A program made the position numbers and the translations under genes. Below, one piece after another: positions 9,705-21,598 of a stretch of 56,217 nucleotides of DNA (its first letter is position 1; each line of letters opens with the position of its first letter). The DNA is from Peptococcaceae bacterium UBA5356 (lineage in GTDB: Bacteria > Bacillota > Peptococcia > DRI-13 > DTU073). The notes beneath the pieces are model-generated. The model saw only the letters and a program-made list of their open reading frames with translations, did no database searches and was not told the origin of the DNA. The stretch spans positions 40,937 to 97,153 of the forward strand of contig DHPU01000002.1 in the NCBI GenBank assembly GCA_002407935.1, read 5' to 3'.

Positions 9705-11243
9705 GTGATTATTTATTATTTGATTACAGCCATAGTTGCTATTACTACAGGTTCTTTTGCTGGATATATTTTCAGAAAAAAAATGGCGGAAGCAAAAATA
9801 GTTTCTGCAGAGGAAGCCTCTAAAAAAATGTTAGAAGAGGCTGCAAAAAATGTGGAAGCGAAAAAGAAAGAAGTTGTTTTAGAGGCAAAAGAGGAAGCCC
9901 ATAAACTACGAATGGAATTGGATCGTGAAACAAGAGAACGGCGCAATGAACTTCAGCGCTTAGAACGTCGTCTCTTGCAAAAAGAAGAAAATCTAGACAA
10001 AAAATCTGAATCTGTGGAACGAAAAGAAGAAAACATTCAGCATCTCGAACAAGAACTTAATAATCAAAAAAAGGTTGTGGCAGATAATTTACAGAAACAA
10101 ATGGTAGAATTAGAGAGAATCTCGAATTTATCTTTTGATCAGGCACGTGATTTATTGTTAACAAGAGTTGAAGAGGAAATTAAACATGAAACGGCCATGT
10201 TAATTAAAGAATATGAAGTACAGGCCAAAGAAGAAGGAAACAAGAAGGCTAAGGAGATTATTTCTCTTGCTATTCAACGTTGTGCTGCGGATTATGTTGC
10301 TGAATCAACTGTTTCTGTAGTAGCTTTACCTAATGATGAAATGAAAGGGCGCATTATAGGACGTGAAGGACGAAATATCAGGACATTAGAAACACTTACC
10401 GGAATAGATTTAATTATTGATGATACGCCGGAAGCAGTTATTTTGTCTGGTTTTGATCCTATTAGAAGAGAGGTTGCACGGACGGCTTTAGAAAAGTTAA
10501 TTCTAGATGGTCGTATTCATCCGGCTCGTATTGAGGAAATGGTAGAAAAAGCTCAAAAAGAAATTGATCAGAAGATTAAGGATGAAGGGGAACAAGCTAC
10601 TTTTGAAACTGGTGTAAATGGACTTCATTTAGAACTGGTTAAATTATTGGGGCGTCTTCAATATAGAACGAGTTATGGACAAAATGTGCTAAAGCATTCG
10701 ATTGAAGTTGCTCATCTGTCAGCGGTAATGGCAGCAGAATTAGGTGTGGATGTTGCTCTTGCTAAAAGGGCTGGACTTCTTCATGATATTGGAAAGGCGG
10801 TAGACCACGAAGTGGAAGGACCTCACGTGACTATTGGAGCAGATCTTGCTAAAAAGTATAGAGAATCAAGTGAGGTTATTCATGCTATTGCGGCACATCA
10901 TGGTGATGAATCTTTTAGATCAATTGAAGCTGTTTTAGTGGCGGCAGCTGATGCTGTTTCAGCAGCACGTCCTGGAGCAAGAAGAGAAACATTAGAAGCC
11001 TATATTAAACGACTTGAGAAATTAGAGGAAATTGCTAATAATTTTGAAGGCGTGGAAAAATCATATGCTATTCAGGCTGGACGTGAGATTAGAATTATCG
11101 TAAAACCTGAAAAAATTGATGATGCAACTTCTGTTACCATGGCACGCGATATTGTTAAATCAATTGAAGATAACCTTGATTATCCGGGTCAGATAAAAGT
11201 GGTTGTTATAAGGGAAACAAGGGCAGTTGATTACGCTAAATAA
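9705..11243 (+). CDS. rny: Ribonuclease Y
   Basis: N-terminal TM, coiled coil, KH ([14 protein letters not shown]), HD domain (LLHDIGK); GTG 9705 follows SD GGAGGTG (ORF track starts at 9699). Confidence 0.97.
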   Translation: MIIYYLITAIVAITTGSFAGYIFRKKMAEAKIVSAEEASKKMLEEAAKNVEAKKKEVVLEAKEEAHKLRMELDRETRERRNELQRLERRLLQKEENLDKKSESVERKEENIQHLEQELNNQKKVVADNLQKQMVELERISNLSFDQARDLLLTRVEEEIKHETAMLIKEYEVQAKEEGNKKAKEIISLAIQRCAADYVAESTVSVVALPNDEMKGRIIGREGRNIRTLETLTGIDLIIDDTPEAVILSGFDPIRREVARTALEKLILDGRIHPARIEEMVEKAQKEIDQKIKDEGEQATFETGVNGLHLELVKLLGRLQYRTSYGQNVLKHSIEVAHLSAVMAAELGVDVALAKRAGLLHDIGKAVDHEVEGPHVTIGADLAKKYRESSEVIHAIAAHHGDESFRSIEAVLVAAADAVSAARPGARRETLEAYIKRLEKLEEIANNFEGVEKSYAIQAGREIRIIVKPEKIDDATSVTMARDIVKSIEDNLDYPGQIKVVVIRETRAVDYAK

Positions 11244-11270
11244 GCGACCTAACGGTCGCTTCCCTTTTTT
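11242..11270 (+). terminator. Intrinsic terminator after rny
   Basis: AAGCGACC-TAAC-GGTCGCTT then T-run. Confidence 0.8.
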
Positions 11271-11364
11271 ACAGTGTTATTTTAAAATAAAATAAGTACG
11301 CTTAATTTTTCTTTGGTTATAATAAATAATAATGAGTAGTGTTAATTTTTGTGAGGAGGAGCAT

Positions 11365-12168
11365 ATGTTAAATGTCTTAATGATTGGCGATATTGTTGGT
11401 CGCCCAGGACGTAAAGCAGTAAAGCAGTATTTAAAAGCAAATAGTAAGCAGTATGATTTTATTATAGCGAATGGAGAAAATGCTGCGGGTGGGAATGGAA
11501 TCACCTTGGAAATATTGCATGATCTTTATAATTCATCGATAGATTTTTTTACAATGGGCAATCACGTGTGGGATAAAAAAGAAATCATACAGTTTATTGA
11601 ACATGAACCCAATCTGATTAGACCGGCAAACTATCCGCCTGATACTCCCGGGAGGGGCAGTGCTGTGATAAAAATCTATAAAAACATTAAAATTGGTTTG
11701 CTCAATTTATCAGGTCGTGTTTTTATGCCGCCTTTAGATTGTCCTTTTCGTAGTGCTGACCAGATCGTGAAAGAATTGCGTAAAGAAACATCCATAATTA
11801 TTGTTGATTTTCATGCTGAAGCAACATCTGAGAAAATAGCTTTTGGCTGGTATCTGGATGGGCGGGTATCTGCTGTACTGGGGACGCATACACATATACA
11901 AACAGCTGACGAACGTGTTTTGCCACAGGGTACAGGGTATATAACTGATGTAGGGATGACCGGCCCATATAATTCAGTACTGGGTGTTGATAAGGAAATT
12001 GTTATTCAAAAATTTCTCACGCAAAGACCTGTTCGTTTCGAAATTACCGAAGGAGACACACAATTTAATGGTGTTTCTCTCAAAATAAATGAAAATACAG
12101 GGCAATGTGTACAGATTAAACGTATTCAAGAGGTTTTTTCTACCAAAGAAGATGTCGATAAACGTTAA
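11365..12168 (+). CDS. ymdB: YmdB-family metallophosphoesterase
   Basis: GDIVGRPG, NGENAAGG, GNH, DFHAEATSEK, GTHTH, DVGMTG; rny-ymdB-spoVS order; ATG 11365 after SD GAGGAGG. Confidence 0.92.
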   Translation: MLNVLMIGDIVGRPGRKAVKQYLKANSKQYDFIIANGENAAGGNGITLEILHDLYNSSIDFFTMGNHVWDKKEIIQFIEHEPNLIRPANYPPDTPGRGSAVIKIYKNIKIGLLNLSGRVFMPPLDCPFRSADQIVKELRKETSIIIVDFHAEATSEKIAFGWYLDGRVSAVLGTHTHIQTADERVLPQGTGYITDVGMTGPYNSVLGVDKEIVIQKFLTQRPVRFEITEGDTQFNGVSLKINENTGQCVQIKRIQEVFSTKEDVDKR

Positions 12169-12204
12169 ATTTTTTTGAATAATGGAATTAAATTTTTTAA
12201 AATT

Positions 12205-12232
12205 AAAGGAATTTTTTAACTCATGTAGAATA
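12205..12232 (+). promoter_or_regulatory. SigH-type promoter of spoVS
   Basis: AAAGGA, 17 nt, GAAT; spoVS is SigH-dependent in B. subtilis. Confidence 0.7.
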
Positions 12233-12283
12233 TATTCATTAGTGGAAAATATATAGTATATTATTTCGAGGGAGGTTACAAGA

Positions 12284-12544
12284 GTGGAAGTTCTGAAAGT
12301 TTCAGCAAAGTCTAGTCCAAATGCGGTTGCAGGCGCATTAGCAGGTGTTATTAGAGAAAGGGGATGTGCCGAAATGCAGGCTATTGGCGCAGGAGCTTTA
12401 AATCAATCGGTAAAAGCGGTAGCAATTGCAAGAGGATTTGTTGCACCTAGTGGGATTGACTTAATTTGTATTCCCGCATTTACCGATATAATTATTGAAG
12501 GTGAAGAGAGGACCGCGATTAAATTGATTGTTGAACCTAGATAA
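12284..12544 (+). CDS. spoVS: Stage V sporulation protein S
   Basis: MEVLKVSAKSSPNAVAGALAG...AIGAGALNQ..KAVAIARGF. Confidence 0.97.
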   Translation: MEVLKVSAKSSPNAVAGALAGVIRERGCAEMQAIGAGALNQSVKAVAIARGFVAPSGIDLICIPAFTDIIIEGEERTAIKLIVEPR

Positions 12545-12575
12545 TTATTTAAATTTGTATTTTTGTATTATTACT

Positions 12576-12605
12576 AAGGCCTGTTTTTTAAAACAGGCCT
12601 TTTTT
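12576..12605 (+). terminator. Intrinsic terminator after spoVS
   Basis: AAGGCCTGTTTT..AAAACAGGCCTT then T-run. Confidence 0.85.
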
Positions 12606-12608
12606 AAT

Positions 12609-12647
12609 GTGCGCCTGACACGGGCGCAGTCTAGCCTCTTACTCGAT
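12609..12647 (+). mobile_element. Internally deleted group IIC intron remnant (5' and 3' ends joined)
   Basis: Starts GTGCGCC..GGGCGCAGTCTAG directly after a terminator T-tract and ends CCTCTTACTCGAT. Confidence 0.7.
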
Positions 12648-12721
12648 TGCTTATATTTTATTAGAATTAGAATAAAGTATATTTAGGATAAGTGAATGGA
12701 TTTTTAAGGGGAGAATGTTGT

Positions 12722-13666
12722 ATGATAATTGTAGATGGTCACTGTGATACATTGCTGGAATTATATAAAAACAATCGTTCTTTTTGGACGCAGAATCAAG
12801 AAGGGCATTTGGACTGGCCTAGGCTGCAAAAAGGGTTGGTTGGCTTACAGTTTATGGCGGTTTATATTGAATCAAGGTATAAACCATATGGTGCCTTATG
12901 TCGTGCTCTGGAGATTCTGGATTATTATCACAGCATCGTGCGGGAAGGAAAGGGGAAACTTATAACGGTACTCTATAAAAAAGATTTACAGGGGTTGCAT
13001 TATTCTTCACCACGTGTTTTATTGTCTATTGAAGGTGGAGAAGTTTTGGAAGGAAAGCTTAGTACCTTGCGTATTTTGTTTCAATTGGGTTTTCGTTCTT
13101 TAACTTTAACCTGGAATCAAAGAAACCAATTGGGAGATGGAGTAGGGGAAGCTAAAGCGAGAGGTGATTTAACTACCTTTGGTCGAGAAGTTGTACAGGA
13201 AATGAATAAACTAGGGATGCTTATTGATCTTTCTCACTTATCAGAGGCTGGATTTTGGGATGCTCTTTCTTTATCTGCACAACCAGTTGCTGTTACTCAT
13301 TCTTGCTGTTCTGCTTTACATCAACATCCTCGTAACTTAACAGATGCTCAGCTGCAGGCTTTGGGACAGCAGAAGGGGATAATCGGCATTAATTTTTATC
13401 CGGATTTTTTGGGTAAACAAGAAATTACGCTTGACCATGTTGTTCAACATCTTGAACATGCAGTTCTCATAGCTGGTATCAATCAGGTGGGCTTGGGTTC
13501 GGATTTTGACGGAATTGAGAAGGTACCTTATGGCTTGGAAGATGGAGCAAAACTGCCTGGCTTAATTGAGAAATTACTACAGCGAGGCTGGAAAGAGGAA
13601 GAAGTACAGAAAATTATGGGAGGTAATTATTTACGTGTCTTGGAAAAAATTTTACCGGAAGAATAA
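12722..13666 (+). CDS. Membrane dipeptidase (M19) family protein
   Basis: DGHCD, SIEG, LTLTWN, DLSH, THS, HPRN, GSDFDG. Confidence 0.9.
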   Translation: MIIVDGHCDTLLELYKNNRSFWTQNQEGHLDWPRLQKGLVGLQFMAVYIESRYKPYGALCRALEILDYYHSIVREGKGKLITVLYKKDLQGLHYSSPRVLLSIEGGEVLEGKLSTLRILFQLGFRSLTLTWNQRNQLGDGVGEAKARGDLTTFGREVVQEMNKLGMLIDLSHLSEAGFWDALSLSAQPVAVTHSCCSALHQHPRNLTDAQLQALGQQKGIIGINFYPDFLGKQEITLDHVVQHLEHAVLIAGINQVGLGSDFDGIEKVPYGLEDGAKLPGLIEKLLQRGWKEEEVQKIMGGNYLRVLEKILPEE

Positions 13667-14489
13667 AGCAGATTTACATGTTCATACTACAGCCTCTGAT
13701 GGAAAATATTTGCCTCGTGAAGTTGTGAAGATAGCTTGGAAAAAGGGAGTTTCCTTTTTAGCGATAACGGATCATGATACGATCACGGGTTTAGAAGAAG
13801 CTTATCAGGAATGTAGGAAGTATCAGGTAGTATTTTATCCGGGGATAGAATTAAGTACAAATTATGAAAATCGAGAAATTCATTTGCTTGGCTATAATTT
13901 AAATTGGACAAGTCATGAATTACAGGAAAACCTTGCTCAATTACAAGCGGCTAGGAAAATACGGGTCGAAAAAATGGTAAGTAAACTTTCGGAAAGGGGT
14001 ATCCCTATTAAGCTGGAGGATGTTCGAAAAAAGGCTACGGGACAGAGCATGGGCAGACCGCATATTGCCCTGGTTCTGCTGGAGCTAGGGATGGTTAAGT
14101 CTATTGATGAAGCAATGCGACTTTATTTAAGTCCTGGTTGCCCTGCCTATGTTTCTAGATATAGGATATCACCTTTAGCAGCGCTGAAATTAATTCATAA
14201 AGCAGGAGGGATGCCGGTATTGGCACATCCCGGTATAGAATGTCCTGATGAACTGATTCCTGTTTTAATTAAAAATGGTCTACAAGGGATTGAAGTATTT
14301 CATCCTAAACATACGAAGAAACAAGAGGATTTTTATGCTCAGTTAGCTCAAACAAATCAATTAATGATAACGGGAGGGTCTGATTTTCATGGCCATGAGG
14401 AGAAGGATTTTTTTAATTTGGGAGAAATGAAGGTACCGTTAAATAGTATCAGGCAATTAAAGAAAAACTCTTGTTCTGGCCGTTTATAA
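13635..14489 (+). CDS. PHP-domain phosphoesterase
   Basis: DLHVHTTASDG, AITDHD, GIE, HLLG, LAHP, GGSDFHG; start uncertain (GTG 13635 after GGGAGGT). Confidence 0.88.
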   Translation: MSWKKFYRKNKADLHVHTTASDGKYLPREVVKIAWKKGVSFLAITDHDTITGLEEAYQECRKYQVVFYPGIELSTNYENREIHLLGYNLNWTSHELQENLAQLQAARKIRVEKMVSKLSERGIPIKLEDVRKKATGQSMGRPHIALVLLELGMVKSIDEAMRLYLSPGCPAYVSRYRISPLAALKLIHKAGGMPVLAHPGIECPDELIPVLIKNGLQGIEVFHPKHTKKQEDFYAQLAQTNQLMITGGSDFHGHEEKDFFNLGEMKVPLNSIRQLKKNSCSGRL

Positions 14490-14577
14490 TTTGCGATTCA
14501 TTGGTAAGAATAAGATAAGGATCTTCAAAATATATATAGTTATGAATATGGAAAAATTTGATCAGGAGTGAATTACC

Positions 14578-14853
14578 ATGCCTTGTTATGATGAACACCT
14601 TTATTTTAAAAAAAGAATAGTGGAATTGGAAAATCAAGTAAGTCAACTTAGAGTAAGCAGACGTGTTTTAATGAATTTGATCGAAAAAATAGAAAATGAG
14701 AAAAGAAATATTTTAAATCAATGGGAAAAAGAAAAACAAAGGCTTAGGTTAGATAATCAACGTTATGCTAAATGGTTGATGGAAAATAATTATCGGTATA
14801 TGGAATTAAAGGCTAGTTTAGAAGTGGCAAATAATAGCATGGGAGAGGAATAA
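14578..14853 (+). CDS. Small coiled-coil hypothetical protein
   Basis: SD AGGAGTG; heptad-rich (LENQVSQLRVSRRVLMNL); 4 nt upstream of cobU. Confidence 0.75.
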   Translation: MPCYDEHLYFKKRIVELENQVSQLRVSRRVLMNLIEKIENEKRNILNQWEKEKQRLRLDNQRYAKWLMENNYRYMELKASLEVANNSMGEE

Positions 14854-14857
14854 TATT

Positions 14858-15442
14858 GTGGGTAAATTAATTTTAGTTTCAGGAGCAGTACGCAGTGGGA
14901 AAAGTGCTTTTGCCGAACAATTGGCTTTACAAATGGAAACGGACAAGCCTATCGCATATTTGGCAACGGCTCAGGCTTTGGATCAGGAAATGTCGGAACG
15001 TATCAAAATACACCGGGGTAGTCGTTCAGGGGATGTCTGGCAGACCTTTGAAGAACCATATCTACTTAAAGATGTTTTACTAAAACATCATTTGACGTAT
15101 CACACTTGGTTGCTTGACTGTATTACTCTGTATATTTCTAATCTTCTTTTAGCTCAGGTTAAGCGGGAGAAAATTTTAGATCAGTTTGTAGACACCAAAA
15201 TACAAAAGGTTATTGCTGTACAAATTAATGAATTCATAGATACTATTACAAAGCTACCGGTAAATTTTATTGCCGTTACTAATGAAGTAGGCTGGGGTCT
15301 TGTTCCACCTGATCCTTTGAGTAGGGCTTATCGTGATCTTCTAGGAAGGGTTAATCAAAAATTCGCCAGAGCGGCGGAGGAGGTATACTTACTTACCATG
15401 GGCATTCCTCTTAGATTAAAACCGCCCAAAGATGTTGTTTAG
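14858..15442 (+). CDS. cobU: Adenosylcobinamide kinase/adenosylcobinamide-phosphate guanylyltransferase
   Basis: GAVRSGKS, YLATA, DQEMSERI..H, LLDC, VTNEVGWG, YRDLLGRVNQ. Confidence 0.93.
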   Translation: MGKLILVSGAVRSGKSAFAEQLALQMETDKPIAYLATAQALDQEMSERIKIHRGSRSGDVWQTFEEPYLLKDVLLKHHLTYHTWLLDCITLYISNLLLAQVKREKILDQFVDTKIQKVIAVQINEFIDTITKLPVNFIAVTNEVGWGLVPPDPLSRAYRDLLGRVNQKFARAAEEVYLLTMGIPLRLKPPKDVV

Positions 15443-15456
15443 AAAGTGTAGGTGCA

Positions 15457-16209
15457 ATGTTGAAAGGATTATTGATGGCACTTCAGTTTTTAACTAGAAT
15501 TAAAATTTCCAAAAACCTAGAAATGACGGCTGAGCTTTTTAGTTTGTCAACATTCTATTTCCCGTTTGTCGGACTGATGATTGGTGTAATTTTATATTTT
15601 GGCGCTAGTTTAGGGGAGGGTAATTTACAACCGCTTACGCTTGCGACGCTGCTTCTTATTCTAGAAATAGTTATTACAGGTGGGTTGCATATTGATGGAT
15701 TAATGGATACCTGTGATGGAATTCTGTCAGGTCGGGAACGGGAAAAGATTCTGGAGATTATGAAAGATAGTCGAGTTGGGGCAATGGGCGTGATTAGTCT
15801 TTGCTTATTACTTTTGCTTAAAGTGGTTTTTCTTTATGAGATAGTTTTAAGAGATGATCTTTATATGGTGCTTTTCATGCCTTTTGTGGGACGTTGGGCC
15901 ATGATTTATGCTCTGACCTGTTACCCTTCTGCCCGTAGTGAAGGGTTGGGACATCTGTTTAGAAAAAAATTAAATAAAAAAAGTTTTTTCTTGATTTCTC
16001 TTTATAGTCTAATTATCTTAAGCTTTTCTTTTTATTATTTGTCAGATATGATGGCCTTAATTTGGCCTCTAACAGCCTTAATGGTCTATTTTACAGCCGA
16101 GCGAATTAATTTAATTCTTGGGGGTCATACTGGCGATACATACGGTGCAATCAGTGAATTAGCGGAGATGTATTTTTTAGGTAGTTTTCTCATCTTAATT
16201 AATATATAA
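15457..16209 (+). CDS. cobS: Adenosylcobinamide-GDP ribazoletransferase (cobalamin synthase)
   Basis: FLTRI, TGGLHIDGLMDTCDG, IMKDSRVG, GGHTGDTYGA. Confidence 0.95.
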   Translation: MLKGLLMALQFLTRIKISKNLEMTAELFSLSTFYFPFVGLMIGVILYFGASLGEGNLQPLTLATLLLILEIVITGGLHIDGLMDTCDGILSGREREKILEIMKDSRVGAMGVISLCLLLLLKVVFLYEIVLRDDLYMVLFMPFVGRWAMIYALTCYPSARSEGLGHLFRKKLNKKSFFLISLYSLIILSFSFYYLSDMMALIWPLTALMVYFTAERINLILGGHTGDTYGAISELAEMYFLGSFLILINI

Positions 16210-16248
16210 GGTTTTTTACGGGGGTATGGGAGATAGATATTTGATAAG

Positions 16249-16881
16249 GTGGAGGAAGAAGAGATGGCAACAAAAATTTTTTTAATCCGTCACGGTTTGA
16301 CTTTATGGAATCATGAACATCGTTATCAAGGGCATACTGATATTGAATTAAGTGAAGAAGGAATTAAACAGGCCGTAGCTTTAAAAAAAAGATTTATGAA
16401 TACAGAGCTGCAGGCGATCTATAGTAGTGATTTACAAAGAGCTGTTAAGACGGCAGAAATAATTAATGAGGCACATCAACTCCCACTTCAGTTATTTCCT
16501 GAATTACGTGAGATAAATTTTGGAAAATGGGAAGGCCTTACTTATGAGCAAATTGAAAAGCAATACCCGCAGCAGCTGAAAGGCTGGATTACTAATCCCC
16601 ATCTCATTAAGATACCTGACGGTGAGTGCTTGACGATGGTTCAGGAGCGGGCGATGAGGATCATGAGATATATTGGTAGTGAGCATCCTGAAGGCTCACT
16701 AATTGTTATTGCCCATGGTGTTATTATTGCCACCATTATTTGTGGGTTTTTACGTCTTTCGGTAGAAAAAATGAAAGATTATAAGCAAGATAATACAGCA
16801 GTAGCTATGATGACAATAGAGGGAAACAAGGCGTCTTTAGATTTATTTAACGATCTTTCACATTTAGAAACTTCTTTTTAA
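16249..16881 (+). CDS. cobC: Histidine phosphatase, probable alpha-ribazole phosphatase
   Basis: LIRHG, YSSDLQRA, REINFGKWEG, AHG; follows cobS; start may be ATG 16264. Confidence 0.75.
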   Translation: MEEEEMATKIFLIRHGLTLWNHEHRYQGHTDIELSEEGIKQAVALKKRFMNTELQAIYSSDLQRAVKTAEIINEAHQLPLQLFPELREINFGKWEGLTYEQIEKQYPQQLKGWITNPHLIKIPDGECLTMVQERAMRIMRYIGSEHPEGSLIVIAHGVIIATIICGFLRLSVEKMKDYKQDNTAVAMMTIEGNKASLDLFNDLSHLETSF

Positions 16882-16938
16882 AGTAAAAAACAAATTTATT
16901 TCACTCAAGAAGGTTAATGTATGTTATAATTCCAATAA

Positions 16939-18441
<1,503 letters not shown>

Positions 18442-18447
18442 ATTTTT

Positions 18448-18473
18448 AAAACCTAGCTAAGCTAGGTTTTTTT
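18448..18473 (+). terminator. Intrinsic terminator after guaB
   Basis: AAAACCTAGC-TAA-GCTAGGTTTT then T-run. Confidence 0.85.
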
Positions 18474-18515
18474 ATTACTTTTTTAATATCCTTCCTTTAT
18501 TCTGAATAAACATTA

Positions 18516-19322
18516 ATGAATATAAATAAGGAGGGATTTGCTATCGCTATTATTTATCTTTCTAAAAACAAGTTGTCTCGTTACTTTCTAATCTTCGTGA
18601 TTATTTTTGCGACGATGTGTATTTTCCCAATACCTTTAAAAAATATAGCCTATGATGTGCTTAGTGTTGTTTCCGGAAATAGACTTTTGCCTATCTATGC
18701 TGTAGATACGCAGGAAAAAAAGGTCGCTCTTTCTTTTGATGCTACCTGGGGAAGTACACGGACGCCCAAGATTTTGCAGATTTTAGATCAACATCAAATT
18801 AAGACGACGTTTTTTCTCACAAATATATGGCTAAAACAATATCCTCATTTAGCACGTGAAATTGGGGAAAGGGGACATGAAATTGGTCTGCATACAGTGA
18901 ATCATCCTAACTTGACCGAGCTTACAGAAAACAAAATAAAAGAAGAGCTACAAGATAATGCTGATTTGATTACCGAAACAACTGGACAAAAACCGATACT
19001 CTTTCGTCCACCTTTTGGGGCCTATAATAATTTAGTGATTAAAACCGCTGATGCGCTAAACTTTAAAACAATTCAGTGGAGTGTTGATTCTTTGGATTGG
19101 AAAAATCTCACGGCAGAAGCAATGTACGAGCGTGTAACCCAAAAGCTGCATCCCGGTGCAATTATTCTTTTTCATAACGATGGAGCTAATACTGCCGAGG
19201 CCCTGGAACCTATTATTGCGTATCTTAAAAAAGAAGGATATATTATTGTTCCGGTTTCCGAGTTGCTTTATAAAGAAAATTATGATATTGATCATCGCGG
19301 TTTCCAAAAATTAAAAAAGTAA
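18516..19322 (+). CDS. Polysaccharide deacetylase (PdaB-like)
   Basis: PIYAVD..KKVALSFDATWG, HEIGLH, FRPPFG, WSVDSLDW, ILFHN; true start may be ATC 18543. Confidence 0.88.
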   Translation: MNINKEGFAIAIIYLSKNKLSRYFLIFVIIFATMCIFPIPLKNIAYDVLSVVSGNRLLPIYAVDTQEKKVALSFDATWGSTRTPKILQILDQHQIKTTFFLTNIWLKQYPHLAREIGERGHEIGLHTVNHPNLTELTENKIKEELQDNADLITETTGQKPILFRPPFGAYNNLVIKTADALNFKTIQWSVDSLDWKNLTAEAMYERVTQKLHPGAIILFHNDGANTAEALEPIIAYLKKEGYIIVPVSELLYKENYDIDHRGFQKLKK

Positions 19323-19396
19323 TCACCTAAAGTGGGATTAGTCTACACGAAAGCTTTTTGTTATGATACAATCATAAGCAAAAAGCAGGAGGCTTT

Positions 19397-20485
19397 TTGC
19401 TTATGCAGAAGAGTATTCGAGATTTAGTTCCTTATGACCCAGGTCTAACGTTAGAACAGTTAGAAAAGAAAGTAGGCAAAAAAATAATCAAATTATCAGC
19501 GAATGAAAGTTTGTGGGGTCCATCTCCTTTGGTTAAGACAGCACTACAGGAGGCTTTTAATAATTTAAATTATTATCCTGATGGAGTCGCGGCTGAATTA
19601 AAAAAGGCCTTAGCTTCGTGCTGGAATTTACCGGAGGAAAATTTTTGCTTGGGTAATGGTACAGATGAACTTATTTTTTTGCTGACCAATGCTTTTCTAA
19701 ATCCGGGAGATGAAGTGGTAATCCCAACCCCTACATTTAGTTCTTATGCTTCCTCCGTAAAAATTGTAGGCGGTAAAGTAAAGCCGATTCCCCAAGAAAA
19801 ACTAAGTTTTAAGCTGACGGAGATAGCTGAAGCGATACATACTGGTGTTAAAATGGTTTTCCTTTGTAATCCAAATAATCCGACCGGAACATTTTTTAAA
19901 CATGGTGAGCTAGAAGTATTTTTAAAGAAGGTCGCTCCCGAGACGTTGGTTATTTTGGATGAAGCGTATTGTCAGTATGCTACCGATCCACAGTTTCCTG
20001 TTGCACGAGAATTAGTAAATAAATATCCGAATCTCATTGTTTTACGAACCTTTTCCAAGGTTTATGGACTGGCTGCATTGCGGGTGGGTTATGCGGTGGC
20101 CCATAAAGATGTCATTACAGAGCTGGAAAAAGTTAGACAGCCCTATAATGTGAATATACCAGCTCAGATTGCTGCCCTAGCTGCTTGGCAGGATGAGGTT
20201 TATCGACAAAAAGTAGTGAAGGAAACTGTTGAAGAAAGAGTGTGGGTGACTGAAACGCTACAACAAAAAGGGTTAAAGGTTTTGCCGTCACAGTCCAATT
20301 TTTTATTAGTTCAGCATCATGATGCTGAACTAATTGAAGAAAGGCTTTTACAGGAAGGATTTTTGATTCGTCATACTGCTTCTTTTGGCTTACCTGATTG
20401 GTTCAGAATTACCATTGCACCTCATCAGGAGATGAAATTATTTATGGACTCATTAGAGAGAGTTTTAACTGAAATTAATTCTTGA
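19397..20485 (+). CDS. hisC: Histidinol-phosphate aminotransferase family PLP enzyme
   Basis: KLSANE..GPSP, YPD, GNGTDE, CNPNNPTG, DEAY, RTFSKVYGLA; CobD-type function not excluded. Confidence 0.75.
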   Translation: MLMQKSIRDLVPYDPGLTLEQLEKKVGKKIIKLSANESLWGPSPLVKTALQEAFNNLNYYPDGVAAELKKALASCWNLPEENFCLGNGTDELIFLLTNAFLNPGDEVVIPTPTFSSYASSVKIVGGKVKPIPQEKLSFKLTEIAEAIHTGVKMVFLCNPNNPTGTFFKHGELEVFLKKVAPETLVILDEAYCQYATDPQFPVARELVNKYPNLIVLRTFSKVYGLAALRVGYAVAHKDVITELEKVRQPYNVNIPAQIAALAAWQDEVYRQKVVKETVEERVWVTETLQQKGLKVLPSQSNFLLVQHHDAELIEERLLQEGFLIRHTASFGLPDWFRITIAPHQEMKLFMDSLERVLTEINS

Positions 20486-21488
20486 TTAATTTTTCGTATA
20501 ACTGAATATCTTCTAAGATTTTACCTATTCCACGGGCCACACAGTTTAAGGGATCTTCGGCCAGATGAATAGGTATTTTACATGTTGTGGCAATAAATTG
20601 GTCGATATTTTTTAAAAGAGCCCCGCCGCCGGTAAGTGTGATCCCCATTTTCAGAATATCTGAGGCTAATTCCGGAGGAGTTCTTTCCAGAGTGGAATGA
20701 ATTGCTTCTAAAAGAGGATGGAGAGGTTCTAAGAGAAGTTCTGTGATTTCGTGAGCTTTAATTTCGATAATAGTGGGTAAACCAGTAGTCAGATTTTTCC
20801 CTTTGAGTAAATATTTTTTTTGAGGGGGAGGAGCAATGGCATAACCTATTTCTTGTTTCATTATTTCGGCAGTCCGGTCACCAATGTCCAGGTTATATAA
20901 TTTTCTAATTCCTCTCATGATGGCTTGATTTAAAGTAGAACCGCCAGAACGAAGCGACTTTCCAATAACAATACCGCCAAGAGAGATAATGGCTACTTCA
21001 GAGATTCCGCCGCCAATATTCACCAGCATGTTTCCACGTGGTTCTTCCACGGGCAGATCGGCTCCAATTGCTGCGGCTACCGGTTCGTTGATTAAAGATA
21101 CCTTTTGAGCACCAGCTTGTTTAGCTGCCTCGATGACAGCTCTTTTTTCCACCTGGGTTAAACCCATCGGTACACTAATAATTACTTTTGGTTTATTAAT
21201 CGTTAACCCTTTAAGAGCCTCAGTAATAAAATATCTTAGCATCATTTTAGTTGTCTCAAAATCATCGATAATGCCTTCTTTGATGGGATTAATAGCTAGG
21301 ATATGTGGGGGTGTACGTCCAATCATTTCGGCAGCTTTAGTTCCTACTGATACTAATTCTTCTGTTAAGGTGTTAAAAGCTACGACAGAAGGTTCATTAA
21401 TAATAGTGCCTTTGTTTTTTATAGAAATAATTGTATTAGTTGTTCCTAAATCAATACCGATATCCTTAGAAAAACGTAAACTAACCAT
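20475..21488 (-). CDS. MreB/Mbl-family actin-like protein (stand-alone paralogue)
   Basis: IGIDLGT, EPSVVA, EPVAAAIGA, LTGGGALL; no mreC/mreD adjacent. Confidence 0.9.
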   Translation of the reverse strand: MVSLRFSKDIGIDLGTTNTIISIKNKGTIINEPSVVAFNTLTEELVSVGTKAAEMIGRTPPHILAINPIKEGIIDDFETTKMMLRYFITEALKGLTINKPKVIISVPMGLTQVEKRAVIEAAKQAGAQKVSLINEPVAAAIGADLPVEEPRGNMLVNIGGGISEVAIISLGGIVIGKSLRSGGSTLNQAIMRGIRKLYNLDIGDRTAEIMKQEIGYAIAPPPQKKYLLKGKNLTTGLPTIIEIKAHEITELLLEPLHPLLEAIHSTLERTPPELASDILKMGITLTGGGALLKNIDQFIATTCKIPIHLAEDPLNCVARGIGKILEDIQLYEKLIKN

Positions 21489-21598
21489 TTAGTTGCCTCT
21501 TTTCGAAAGTATTATTAAAAATAATGATTGCATCTGGAATAAAAATATGGTTAAATTATTTCGTTATAATAAAAGTATAGGAAAGGCGGTGCTATAAA

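Noticed and set aside
9632-9823. 63-aa ORF upstream of and overlapping rny
   Set aside because: Runs through the terminator and out of frame into rny; no SD
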